A stretch of DNA of 63,601 nt, the filler included, from Phoronis australis (Eukaryota; Animalia; Phoronida), in NCBI GenBank assembly GCA_002633005.1. It is 10 parts of 10 records of this genome, joined end to end, with 100 filler letters (N's around TTAATTAATTAA, not from the genome) between each part and the next. Parts side by side here need not be neighbours in the genome. Positions count along the whole stretch, not along the records: positions 1 to 21,070 come from NMRA01000045.1; 9 more parts are not named here. One strand, given 5' to 3'. Position 1 is the stretch's first letter, and every line of letters starts with the position of its first letter. Below the pieces are notes generated by a model, which was not told the origin of the DNA, did not search any database, and was given only the letters and a program-made list of their open reading frames with translations. The position numbers were made by a program, and so were the translations under genes. Of the stretch, positions 1 to 11,891 are shown in pieces.

Positions 1-220
1 GGGGGGATGGGAAGGGACCGGCATAGCGACCCAGCAGAACCTCAGTCTGGATTTTCTGAAAGGTAACTTCGGGATTACGTAGAGCTGATGGGTGGTTGGT
101 GGGGGGATTAGAGTGACATATCGAGGAGGCGCCGAGTCTGAAACCGAAAGAGAAACCATTGATAAGCTCCGTAGTCGAGACGGAGTCATAACCTGAAAGG
201 AGAGGTTTAACATTCGACCA
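1..220 (-). mobile_element. DIRS/Ngaro-type (tyrosine-recombinase) retrotransposon, N-terminal part of the RT ORF, running off the window edge
   Basis: An open minus-strand frame reads KPLLSGYDSVSTTELINGFSFGFRLG...NHPSALRNPEVTFQKIQTEVLLGRYAGPFPSPP. This matches the L..GF..GF / N..SA / E...GR.AGPF..PP pattern that precedes the RT core in animal DIRS/Ngaro elements. Confidence 0.7.
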
Positions 221-1129
221 CTAATGAACTCCGAATTTGGTTGCAAGATTCAATATAAGTGATCTGCATTTAAAAATATCATCTTACACTCACGACACGA
301 GCACACGTGCAAGAGCATAGTATAATGATGTCTACCACTGACAATCGTCAGACGTGCACGTGTATACCATCGTTTCTGTTTTGTGTTGAGAGAAACAACT
401 GTGTGTAAACAAATGAGTCTGGCTGAGCTCACCAACCAGTGAGAAACGGTTGGTTATTCTCTCTCGTTCCGCCTGCCCGGCACCTCTCCTCCCTGTTCTC
501 TCCGGCTTTAACCCCTACCCTTCCCTCTTTTCCCCACCCTACCCAATCTGCGCGTTTTGTTGATTTGCTTTTCTGAGGATGACGTCATCAAAACCGGAAT
601 AAATCCATATACTGCGCAGGCCCGTTTGTGGATTCCTAAAACGCGAAACAATTTATGAATCGTTCCAATTTACAGGAAATGGTTGTATGATAATAATTCG
701 ATGATATTAGTCCAAAATTATGCGTTTTACATTAATTAAGAGATTTTGGTCGTATTTCCTGTATTTTTTTGATAATTTCGTGATGCCCCAACTGAACGCT
801 AATTTTACTGTTTACGTTATACATAGGAATACAAATTGTCGAAAACCTATCCCTCATTTATCCAAAACCTATTGAGGCACCTACATGGGATAAAAGACGT
901 TTGTGTCGTTCATAACGTCAAGTGAGCAGGGCATGAGTCTTTCGTAGTTAATTTGAATTCTAAAATACCGTCGCGTACGGCGTCAGTGTAATTTGCCCTT
1001 GTTGAATGTCAGTTAAGGACTGGTTTTCTGCGCACAGATGTCTAAATGATTTAGGCAGATTACACAGAAAACAGTAAAAGAGTTAAAACTTTGATCACCA
1101 ACATCAAAGCATTATTACCGGCTCCTTAC

Positions 1130-2812
1130 AGGAGAATGCCACCCGATTTAATTAGTCTTTTTTAACGTCATAATCGGTCTATATCCACATCGCCTCTTAT
1201 ACGGTCGACTTCACCTTGCCGAGAGGTGTCGCGTTACCTTGTGAGGAAGGTGAAAAACGACGCAGCGACGTCAGTGGTTCGTCTGCAGAGTAAATGCCGC
1301 TACATTGCGGTGCATCGTTCCCGCTTGTCCAAACTATGAAACTGCGAAGAAAGCGGGTATATCGTTTTTTCGACTTCCTCGAGAGCCCGAAATGCATAGG
1401 AAGTGGCTTGCGGTAGTGAAGAATGAAAGGTAGGCTGTTAATAGCAAGTATGAGCCCGTGAAACATCTCCGTGTCTGTGGACGGCATTTCGTCGACAGTG
1501 ATTTCTCTGGCAAATTCCGGCTAATCAAAGAACTATCCATACGTTCTACGGGCTGTGCATGCATGTTCACAGCGGCTCCCTAGTATTTCTTGGTCAGTGT
1601 ATTCCAGTTCGAACTGATACCCTGTGAAACCTAACGATCCGACCCGTGAAGTCTTCGTCGCCTGAGCTCTTGACTACGTCGGGATTGGCGCGGGGCAGTT
1701 GCCGTTTATTAGAAGATGTGATTATACTGCGTTTTGTTTCAAAATGAAATATTCTCATCCTAACCAATTCTTATATTAAACTGAAACAAAGTCTGTTTCA
1801 TTAGATACAATTTGTAATGCCTTGGAGTGCTCGTGAGTGCAGATGTTTTGAGAAGCCAGCAATGAATAAACCACTGTGTTACCGACTTTTGATGCCGGCA
1901 ACAAAAGCAATTGCTTTGACCGGGTATCGAGGCCGTGTGAGCGCACATGCTAATTCAGTGTTTGCTGACAGAAAGCTGTTGTGAAACATTACTCGATTTT
2001 ATATGCTATGGTCACATGTTAGGGGAATCTATATTTAGAAATACAAATACATTTTTCAAATCATTGTTACTGTACAACCTTTGCCGGCCCTGGGCTGACG
2101 ATCTGTGGAAGGAGAACCTGAAATCGCGGCCTCCGACAAGTAAGAAGATTTTCAGTTTCGTGGCTAATTCACATCAATAATTACATGCACATTATTTTTG
2201 GCTCACTATAATAGTCTTTTCGTGAATGGAGGTTTAGTTTCCAACTCAAGCCGATTTATGTTAGTGCCAGTCCCGGCGGCCGAGACTTGCCTGATCAGGT
2301 TCCGAGCCATTAGCCGGGGATAACAAGCGTTTTGTGTGTTTAGAACTCAAAAAATCACAAGTAGAACAACACAAATCTAGGTTCTCCTGTCTGTATTTCA
2401 CGGAGGAATACTTCGAATTTATCTCCAAACAGACCCCAAACTACTCAGTGCTACGGACCTTGGTAAATTGGCCTGCCGAACTTTGTTGGCCACGGTGTGT
2501 CCAAATACCAGTAAATCCGTAAACGCGAAATAACGTTTTTATAAGAACTCGGTGTATTTTTAAGGGTTTTACATCGAAGTCTGATGATTTATTGGTGTTA
2601 AACGATGAATTCAAGCGGTAAGCTGACACCAGTAACCCGTGTTGTGAACTGCTGAACAGACTGCGTGTGAAACCAATTACGTCATTGAATAATTTCAACA
2701 CCTCCGTCTGCCGTCAGGTGTCAGGTAACGCAACTGAACGTGCCGTTGTCGAGTAGAACTACTCGATCTAAATTAATACAAAATAGGTTGTTTTTTGGGG
2801 TGGCATTCTCCT
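1130..2812 (+). mobile_element. Kolobok-type non-autonomous DNA transposon, family A copy 1 (~1.7 kb)
   Basis: TIR AGGAGAATGCCACCC...GGGTGGCATTCTCCT, flanked by TTAC (mutated) and TTAA. A degenerate THAP domain lies on + (~1305-1545) and a GYQFE-type KolX N-terminus on - (~1550-1700). Collinear with the copies at 13256, 23169 and 54505. Confidence 0.85.
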
Positions 2813-3544
2813 TTAAGTCCGCTCTTTTAGAAACTACACAGCAAGAGGTAGGTTCAGTTTACAGCACGCAATTGCTGAGGGATTAACTGTCATTATGGAG
2901 GACTGCTACTCTCTTAGTTTGGCAGTTATGGTCTACTCAAAGGAATGTCAACAACAAACGTGAATTTCAAATTCAGCCAAAACATTTATTCTTATTGGTC
3001 AGTTTCAGACACTCGGTGTACTGTTAACATCTCAGTGTAGTTCTCAGTGTAGATATACTGTATGCATACATAACAAAACAATTTTCGCTTGACTTGAATT
3101 AGATTTTTGTACGATTTTGTTGGAGGTACTATTTAGTCAGCAATTCAGCTGCCATCCCCATGTCTGTGGCTCAGTCATATGCGCTATACATCCCTGTGAT
3201 ACAGCAGCAGAAGCGTGCAGAGGCATAGTGATGCTGGATGTAAATTCTGTCTTCTTTTACATTCTCAAAACCGGGAATTCTTGTAAGTTCGATCAAGCTC
3301 TTATTTTTCGTTTAAAACACAAGTTATTGAAAATAAATACACACTCATTACAATACAACAATCGAAATAAAATAGTAATTCAGTCTTCTGTTTGAGCTAA
3401 AATGTGCAATTTGTTGTTTCAGAATGTCACGTAACATTATCTTCAACTGTCGATTCTGAGGACAATTGTTCGACATTCCTTCTAAATAAAGTCAAATTGT
3501 TGAAAATGGGTGAATAATCATTCAAAGTTACGAACTGGGCTGAT

Positions 3545-3890
3545 AGCTCCGTGAGTGTTTGTATACTTTTAGAAGCATAAGAAGTCTGCAAAACCACATT
3601 GCTCACAACAGCTAAGCAAAAAATTTCACTTACGTGACTACAGTCTTGGTATCAACTTTTACGGGAAAGGTAGCTTCAAGAGCATGAAGTTGCTGCGAGA
3701 CAATGAACAGCGTGTGGTGTGATCGTATCAACCAAATATGATCATCCTTCATGAAGGTGGAAATGATTTAAATGCTCATCCTGCAGAGAGTATTTCACGA
3801 CATTATAGCATTGCTGAGGCTCTTCCACCAACAGGGTTATTAAATGAATATCTTTCTGCGCATTAAAGAAGCTATGTCGCGTTAAAATCC
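3545..3890 (+). pseudogene. Degenerate SGNH-hydrolase-like ORF, probably retrotransposon-derived (DIRS/Ngaro-type accessory ORF)
   Basis: Translation with stops and frameshifts gives ...INFYGKGS...YQPNMIILHEGGNDLN, resembling the SGNH block II glycine and block III GxND motif. Block I is not cleanly readable. Confidence 0.45.
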
Positions 3891-4182
3891 CGTAATATTT
3901 AAATTTGAATCAAGCCCCACCTAGTGACTTCCTAGAGAACTGCATGACAATCAGGAAAAGGATTAATTTGTAAACATATTGTGGTTTTAAAGAAAACACA
4001 AAACTGATACACAAAGTGCGAACATGTAAAAACCATAGTAATTCCAAACATTGCACAATCGTTATTTGATAGTCAAATCAACCAATAATAAAACGTATGC
4101 CTCGTTTCATTTGGGTATCAATGACATTTTACCATACTGATTTACATAAAAATAGTCTTACAAAATGGGACTTTTGCGAGAT

Positions 4183-5115
4183 TGTAATGGTAACTTGTTT
4201 TCGGGTTGTTTCTGGCAAACTGGAAGATCTGGGGTTGTTTGTAATGTTCACAATTTAAAGTGTTAGAACAAATTAGTTAGAATAGATCCATTTTAAGTTG
4301 CCCAAAATTTGTGCATATGTACTTTTAAAACATGGGGTCAGACTTGTTGACATGTACTTTAACGTCAAAATCTATTTTAGATGGTTTTTTCAACTTTGGG
4401 TTCTGGGGTCAAAGTACTCTAGAGATTCTAGAAAATTCTGAAAACAAATTGTAACAGCCAATAATATGAGTGGATATGATCATGTGGTTTTTATTAGCCA
4501 ATCACTAAATAAGTAGAACGTTATATTATGGGCTGAAATCAACAAGATAATCAGATGAGCTATAGTAGTTGAAGCACGAAGACTTGCTGCAGTGTACAGA
4601 GGAAATTGTACGGCAGAGCCATCTCGTGGAAGATTCTAGAAAGGATCTTGGCAAGGGCAAGTGTTAACGAACAGTAAGTTAACTAATAGCTTGTCACTAG
4701 CATCGTGGGTAGAAGATACTACCTAAGTGTTGCGTCACCAGCAAGAGACTGTGACCAGCAAGAAGAAACTGCCTGCAAGTGTTGCATCACCAGAGACGGT
4801 GACCAGCAAGTACACTGTCTCTTATACAGCGTGTGTGTAGTTCGAAGATTCACCAACAGGACAGACATCCAACAAGTGGAGAGTCCTAGCTTGGATAGCA
4901 GATAAGACATTTGATTATTTGGGTTGATTGATTAAAGAGCGCTAGTGTAGCTACTTTTCTTTGTAGTTGATTACTTAATTAACAACTGGTTTCACTTGTC
5001 TAATTAGAGGTTATCATATAATAAATTAATTACTGGATTTGATTATTCACTCTCCATCTACGCACAATCTCAAAGCATAGCTACCTTTTAAACAAACCCA
5101 CAGTCAATCTCTGAC
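4183..5115 (+). mobile_element. Possible solo LTR
   Basis: TGTAA...TGACA ends, an internal short duplication (AGAGAC.GTGACCAGCAAG twice), AATAAA near 5020 and no coding capacity. No matching target-site duplication was found. Confidence 0.25.
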
Positions 5116-6256
5116 ATAATGAGACATAGCATCTTTAAAATGTGCTTATTTAATGCCTACTTTCGCGTAATCAATGCTAAGAGTTCGTCATTCGAGGCAC
5201 TGAGATGGTTCTTAAATGAAAACCTTTCTACACAGAACTCAATGCATACTATTGCTTATTCGACACATACTTTCAAGTACTGTAGTTCATGTTGTTCAAT
5301 CATCTCCATGCTCTTGAATCTCAAGACGTCGGAAGACTTTTTACATGCGTGCAAGGCCTGTTTCGATGATTGTTCAATTAAGCATGTAAATGGTGGTGCC
5401 ATTAACTTTGTATTGACTCTAAACTTGTGATTGGACACAACGAATAAATAATTCAGCACGTCAAATAAACAATATTACTCATTGATTAAGCAATCGTGCA
5501 CATTGAATAATTACAACAAGGTACCCATTTAGGAACCCTTGGCGCTTCATACTAGTATTCCAAAAGAACAAGATTAATGACCTTAATCGCCGAGTCTAGG
5601 CTAACGTACAACCATACGTCCAGGTTTTGGGAGCTTTAAAGATTCAAGTACTATTCCCAAGTTTTCCATAGAAGATCGAATTTGTTTTCAATTTTGAAGA
5701 AGTACAGGTTCTTTTTTAAAAAGTTAATCGTTACTAAAAGGCACATCAAAACTGACAAAAATCAAGGAGCCGATGAATTAGTTAAAATGGAAACATCTGT
5801 GTGTATTAAAGGGCATCTATGCAGAAGCGCAAAATTCTAAAAATTGGTAAAAGATTATACTTTTTGACAAGTGTTGTCCCTGAAGTCAGTTTTTAAATCC
5901 AAATTCTAGGATGATGAAGTTTATAAACTTTGAAGTACTTTTGAACATTTCTGTAAGATTCTTTCCTAGTGGCCGTAAAGAATTAGCATGCCGTACCATG
6001 GCTAAAACTTAGGATAATCCATTATAGAGTTGACATGTGTGCATTGGGCTGGTGAGTATAATGAATAAACCTATGAACTTTAACGGAACACTAAAGTTTC
6101 GTGTAAAATTGGCAATTTTGCTAAGTGCAGAGTGCCGAAAATTTTTGTGACAGGCCGAATGAATGAATGCGTAAAAGTGTTTTAAAACTTTGCAAGCTCT
6201 CTTAGGCTACTCTTAAAATGCTGTTGGTTTCTGGTTCCCCTCGCCCGACCCTCACT

Positions 6257-6492
6257 GCGTGGTCGGGCTGACATTTTTCGTCCATACGACCACGCGCTTT
6301 AAGTGTCTTAGAGAAGGCGTGGTCCCGATGGATAATTTTTGACCATACGTCCACACGGTTTAAATGACTCAGAGAGCGTGGCCGGGCTGACGTTTTTCGT
6401 CCATACGACCACGCACTTTGGTGTCTTAGAGAAAGCGTGGTCCCGACGGATACATAGACGAAGACCACGTTCAACTACGTGGTCCATGCGGA
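6257..6492. repeat. Tandem array of ~60-bp hairpin-forming units organised as a ~119-bp dimer
   Basis: GCGTGGTC...GACCACGC inverted pairs recur. GGGCTGAC.TTTTTCGTCCATACGACCACGC..GTGTCTTAGAGAA.GCGTGGTCCCGA occurs twice about 119 bp apart. Confidence 0.75.
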
Positions 6493-8094
6493 TAAAATTG
6501 ATCCACGTTTTAACTTGAGTTATTTTAAGCTTTTGTAGCGTGTGGTTGGTGGGGATCACTTAATCATCTTGTTCAGCGAATTTGGTAATACTGCAGCTAA
6601 CACGGTGATTTTAGTATGTGCCTCCATATTTCACTATTTCTGCCCCAAAATGGGCGGGGAATTTACCCCCCTCCCCTGCCGCCCCTTGACACGCCTATCC
6701 TATGAAAGCAGCGCACGTAAATTTCGTAACGTCTCGTTACCTCTTTGGCTTTTTTACAGATCCGTCCCAACCAACATAATGTGCATGAAGGTTGCTTTCA
6801 CATGTATATGACTTAGCGGGCACAAATTCATACTTGTACAGTACTAGTTTAGGCACTTCGACGCTAGGTGTCCTTGTCATAGCACTTGACTTTCAATGGT
6901 TTCCGAGAGATTTCTGCTCTCCAACGTATGCGAAGTTTGGCTTTGAATTTTTTTAGAGTAAAAGCTTCAATCGAAACAATTTTAGCATAGAAGTAAAAAG
7001 TGAACAATTACGAATTGAGTGAGATATATATCATCCGTGTGTGATCATTTATGTGACTATTACAGAAATAATTACAGTACCAGTACGCATAACTAAAACA
7101 AAGAGTATTGCTTTGCACTGGCATTTATTTTGTACATGAAACAAACTAATCAATACAGTAAAAGAAATTCGTCAAAAATTCAGTCTACTTACCCAGACCA
7201 CGCTTCTGCTGCTGATCCACAAACGGGCGGCCAGTTTGCGAATGACGTCACGAACACACATTTTGTTACGTCATCCGCCTATATAGCGCAAATCAACAAA
7301 ACGCCCAGAACATACCCACACCAGCACAGGGAAGCGGGGGGGCACGGGCCCCCCAAGAAGTTCTTAAGCGTCAGGGTAAAACCGTGGCAACCGACGGGTG
7401 GGGCGGGGACTGCTAAATGCGGATAAGAGAGAAAACACAAGAGAACATTTTACAACTCTGTATTAGTGCATGGTTTACCTTTTGAGGATCCTGGCCACGA
7501 CTTGTTGTTGGGGTCTCCGCTTTCACCGCACAGGTCGTCTAAACGCACTTGGAAACGTGCACGTAATCATTCATACACACATTTCGAAAAATCGAGAAAA
7601 TTTGTAAAGCGAATTTTCTGGATTTTTAAATTCAGTAAGTCAATTTTGCGACCACAAAACCATATTTTTCCAGAGGCCCCTCTCTGGAAAAGGATAACGG
7701 AGACGACTTTCGTTTTTTTCTCGAATTGTATATCACTTGAGAAAATTTGATGACCTGAAAGATATCATCAATTGCTGCACATTTCTTGATTTTTGAAACT
7801 ACAGATATTTTCACATAGAGAGGCCCTACGTCTGAAGGAGGCCATTGACTACATTCAAGTGACCACAGTTTTTATATTTCTATTGAAAAATTCTTANACC
7901 CCCCCCCCCCCCGAGCCCCCCAGGTGCGAGTCATGTCAGAATCTTTGGTAGGGAAGCTGTAGTTCAACTAAATGCAGCGCCCCCTATGTTACTTTTTCTC
8001 TTACTCTTATAAATACTGGATATAGGAGACGCTGAAGCATGGTAAATGATATTTAAGACATCAGTGTTAAGTTCCCAGCAAATTCATATATTTC

Positions 8095-9271
8095 AAGCTA
8101 CCTCCACATACAGATAAGACGTCAGATAGAGGTTCTCAACTTTAGAGACACAAAACACGCATTTGAACTAATTAAACTATACCTATTAATAACAGCGCTG
8201 TCTGCGGACTGGTAGAAAACACATTTTCAACTAATTCCTATATTCCCCACTAATGACTGTGCCACCTGTGGGCAGGTAGATAACGTACATGACGTCATCA
8301 TCAGGCTCACAATTTTAGAGATTCCATACACGCATTTCAACTAATTCAACTATTTCCACTAATCACTGCGCCACCTACAGGAACAGGCTGATAACAAACG
8401 TGACCTAGCAAAAGGCTCACAACATGAGAGACGCAGGACAGGCATTTCAGCTAATTCAACTATTCTCACTAATCGCTATGCCACCTGCAGGCAGACAGAT
8501 AAAGTACATGACGCCAGAAAAAGGCTCACTAGTCTCACAACTTGAGAGATAGAGAACAAGCATTACATCTAATTCAACTATTCCCACTAATCACTGTGCC
8601 ACCTACAGGGACAGGCTGATAACAAAAATGACGTCAGCAACAGGCTCACAACTTGAAAAACACAAAACAAGCATTTCAACTGATTCAACTATTCCCACTA
8701 ATCAATACACCGCCTACAGGCAGACAGATGAAGTGCATGCCGGAATCAAAAGGCTGACCATGCTCACAACTTAACAGAATAAGAACAAGCAGTTCAACTA
8801 ATTCAACTATTCCCACTAATCGATGCGCCACGTGTTGGCTGGTAGATAAGATATATAGCAACAGGGTCACCACAGCTTGAGGGACGGAGAACAAACATTT
8901 CAACTAACTCAACTTAATCGCTGCGCCACCTGCAAGGATAAGCTGATAACAAACATGACATTAGCAACAGGCTCACAACTTGAGACACAGATCAGGCATT
9001 TCAACTAATTCAACTATTCTCACTAATCGCTGCGCTACCTGCTGGCAGACAGATAACGTACATGACCCAAGCACAAGGCTCACCAGGCCAACAACTTGAG
9101 ACACACAGATTCAACTAATTCAACTATTCCCACTCATCGCTGCGCCACCTACAGGACAGGCTGATAACAAACATGACGTCAGCAACAGGCTCACAACTTG
9201 AGAGACACAAAACCCACATTTCAACTAATTCAACTAATTCAATTGTTCCCTCTAATCGATACGCCACCTGT
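8095..9271. repeat. Minisatellite of about 10 units of ~100-120 bp with alternating A/B variants (~230-bp higher-order unit)
   Basis: The core CATTTCAACTAATTCAACTATTCCCACTAATC...GCCACCT...AGGCTCACAACTTGAGA recurs near 8224, 8334, 8445, 8563, 8673, 8792, 8898, 8998, 9110 and 9219. Units alternate CAGACAGATAA and CAGGCTGATAACAAA. Confidence 0.9.
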
Positions 9272-10749
9272 GAGCTGGTCATTTTTTCATGGGCTCAAAA
9301 TTATTCACATTAAATTTAGACCCTGTGAAAAAACTAGCCGGGGTCATTTTTTCATGGGTTCATTATTTAATGTTACACCAGTTTGGTTGGGTATATTTCC
9401 GCTCGGTTTCGAGTGGGAAATTCTGTATTTTGGGCATAGGTCGGATGCGCAATTCAGTCGCACAGGTTTGATATTTTGGTTACTATGCTTTTTACTTTTT
9501 TGCGCAAGTTTTGAGTAGGGCAAATCACAATCAAGGTCCATATTCGGTGGCCACTTTTGGTGAAAAATGAAGGCTGTCTTACAACTATAAAAGCTGGGTT
9601 ATTTTAAAGTACCATCATTCCAGGTTTGTAATCTAAAATATTTTTGCACAAGAACCACTGAATAAAATTTTACGGCCTAATGCATCAGTTGTATAAAGGG
9701 CTACTTACACTACAACTTGTGGTCACAGTCCACTTCTATTACATGCTAACGCAATGTTGTATGGCCATTTATTTTTCTTTAATGATAATAAGCAGCATGT
9801 TGTTATTTACTGAAAAGGCAATAATTTCATTTGCAGTCGCCATTTGTGTTACTGAATTTCACTTGGGGGTACATAACCTACATTTTGTTAGCCTTGTTGG
9901 CCCTTTTTCAACAAAGCAGAACCCGCTCAATATCCAAACTTTTGGTTTGTTTAGGTATTGAATAATTTGCTGTGTTGCCTAGGCTAACATATTCTGCAGG
10001 TGTTGTGAACATTCTTTACAACAGATGAGCGTTAGAAACACAAATTTCGTAACGAGTTTCTGTTTTAGGATGAACCCTACCATTTCCCAATCATTAAGCA
10101 CAACTTCATATAAGTGATTCTGAAAGTGATTGAGTTATTCCTAGTCATGTCAAAACAGTTGCTTACTTAATAAAATAAATTTCTTTTCTACTGTTGACAG
10201 TTGAAAATTGGATTTTTTAAAATGGCCACTCCTAACCCTAAAAATGCATGAAATTCATAGACAGAAACATGCACAAGTTTTTCAAACACTGTCCGATTTT
10301 GACGACTCTTTTTCTCTAGACCTTGATTGTGATTTACCTGTCTGCTTTAAATAGCAGCCATCCTTTAGCATGTGTTGTGACTGGACTCTGAAAGGAATTA
10401 TGTAATAAGACCCACAGTTAGACTACAGCTGCACTGGTTGATTGTGAAATGTGTTTTGACACAGGAACATGTATATTGCTGCAAAATCACTTTGTAACCA
10501 ATGAGGTTTCTGTAGAACAAGCCAAATGTATTCAAACAAAATGATCTGGAATTCCCATTGTTGTACTCTGTTATCACAGTCTGTGTCTAAATGGTTAGGT
10601 CAGTAAGAGAATTCTGTATCTGGGATGATCTGAAATAATACAGGTTGGGGTTGTTTTGGCTCTCTTTTGTGCTACAGCTAACTGTGGATAACATCCAATG
10701 GGAAAAGGTTCCTTTTATGTTTCAGCCACCTCACTACAAGGTTGATAAA

Positions 10750-11649
10750 ATGGCTGGGCGGTTGTCTCCAGAAGAAGTTGGACATTTCCTAAAGGTAATT
10801 GGTGTTAGTTTTGAGGATTGCAAGCTGGACAAGGCTGCCTTTCTGAAACAGATAATTACAGCATTTAATCAACACATCCCGTTTACCAACTTCAATCTGT
10901 TAATGATTCCTATGGATCGGAGGTGTCTTCCGAGATGGGACACCATCAAAGAGAGAATTATGAGCCGACAAGGTGGTTTGTGTTATGAGCTGCATACATT
11001 CTTGCATGCGCTGCTGGCAGGTTTAGGTTTCCATACCTACTGCACTTTAGCGATCGCACCGAAGGAAAAGTATCCACGACATATGGTTGTTATTGTTAAA
11101 GATCTACAGAAAGAGGGAGACACCTTTGTGGTGGATGTAGCAAATGGACAGCCAGCTTTAGATGTGTTCCCTCTGGATTTTGAAGAAGAGTCTCCATCTT
11201 ATCAGCAAATTCATATGTTGTGCAAATATGCCAAAGTTGGTGATCATTACGTTCGCCGGCAGTTCATACATAGGGCGGATCCATACTTTACAGATATTAA
11301 AAAGCCCCAGTGGGTAGATGCTTATACTTTCAACCTAGATGCGTTTTCACTGGATGAGTTAGCTGCATGGTTTAATGAGAAAGGTTACTTGCCCAATAGT
11401 GGTAGTTCATTGCACCAGAAGGCGATAGCAATCATTTGTCCTCCAGGATTGTCTTACGCACTCAAACAAACCAGAAATGGAATATTATTGTATGAAGCTA
11501 AGAGTGGGGAAACAGCCTACAGAATACGTACCGTGAATTCTGCAGCTGAACTGCGTACTTTTGTTGAACAAAACTTGACTGCTTATTCTTGGTCTGATGT
11601 GGAACGCATTTTTAGTAACCAACTAAAGTTTCTTAAATCACGGCTTTGA
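10750..11649 (+). CDS. NAT: Arylamine N-acetyltransferase family protein (~299 aa, single coding exon)
   Basis: Uninterrupted ORF with HIPFTN (canonical IPFEN), RQGGLCYELH (catalytic Cys, RGGxCxE), RHMVVIV (His) and VVDVAN (Asp). The ATG at 10750 is in an AAAATGG context, 24 nt after a polypyrimidine TTTCAG acceptor ending at 10725. The TTG start at 10645 in the ORF track is probably intronic. Confidence 0.92.
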   Translation: MAGRLSPEEVGHFLKVIGVSFEDCKLDKAAFLKQIITAFNQHIPFTNFNLLMIPMDRRCLPRWDTIKERIMSRQGGLCYELHTFLHALLAGLGFHTYCTLAIAPKEKYPRHMVVIVKDLQKEGDTFVVDVANGQPALDVFPLDFEEESPSYQQIHMLCKYAKVGDHYVRRQFIHRADPYFTDIKKPQWVDAYTFNLDAFSLDELAAWFNEKGYLPNSGSSLHQKAIAIICPPGLSYALKQTRNGILLYEAKSGETAYRIRTVNSAAELRTFVEQNLTAYSWSDVERIFSNQLKFLKSRL

Positions 11650-11885
11650 CTCATTTAGTCAGTTGTAGGATTTCTATATATTATATATTCACAAACATGA
11701 CAAAATTGTTGTATTACAATTTGGTAGTGTCAGGGCCTTTTATGTGTTTATGGTGATTGTAATCAACTTTTTGACTAGAAGTTAGAACAGAGCTGGGTCG
11801 TTATGAAGGTAATAATCTCATTATTGGCGATAACATACCACATCATCATTGAGCTTGTCTGTTACAACTACGTGGATAGGGTACA

Positions 11886-11891
11886 AATAAA
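11886..11891 (+). promoter_or_regulatory. Candidate polyadenylation signal of the NAT gene (alternative at 12376-12381)
   Basis: AATAAA hexamers lie ~240 and ~730 nt downstream of the stop codon. There is no transcript evidence. Confidence 0.35.

Noticed and set aside
8095-9271. CRISPR-like array (conserved core with intervening sequence)
   Set aside because: The intervening segments are homologous to each other rather than unique spacers. The context is eukaryotic and no cas genes are present.
10645-10749. N-terminal hydrophobic extension (signal-peptide-like) on NAT
   Set aside because: It starts at TTG, lies mostly upstream of a good splice acceptor, and has no counterpart in the NAT fold. 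The ATG at 10750 is preferred.
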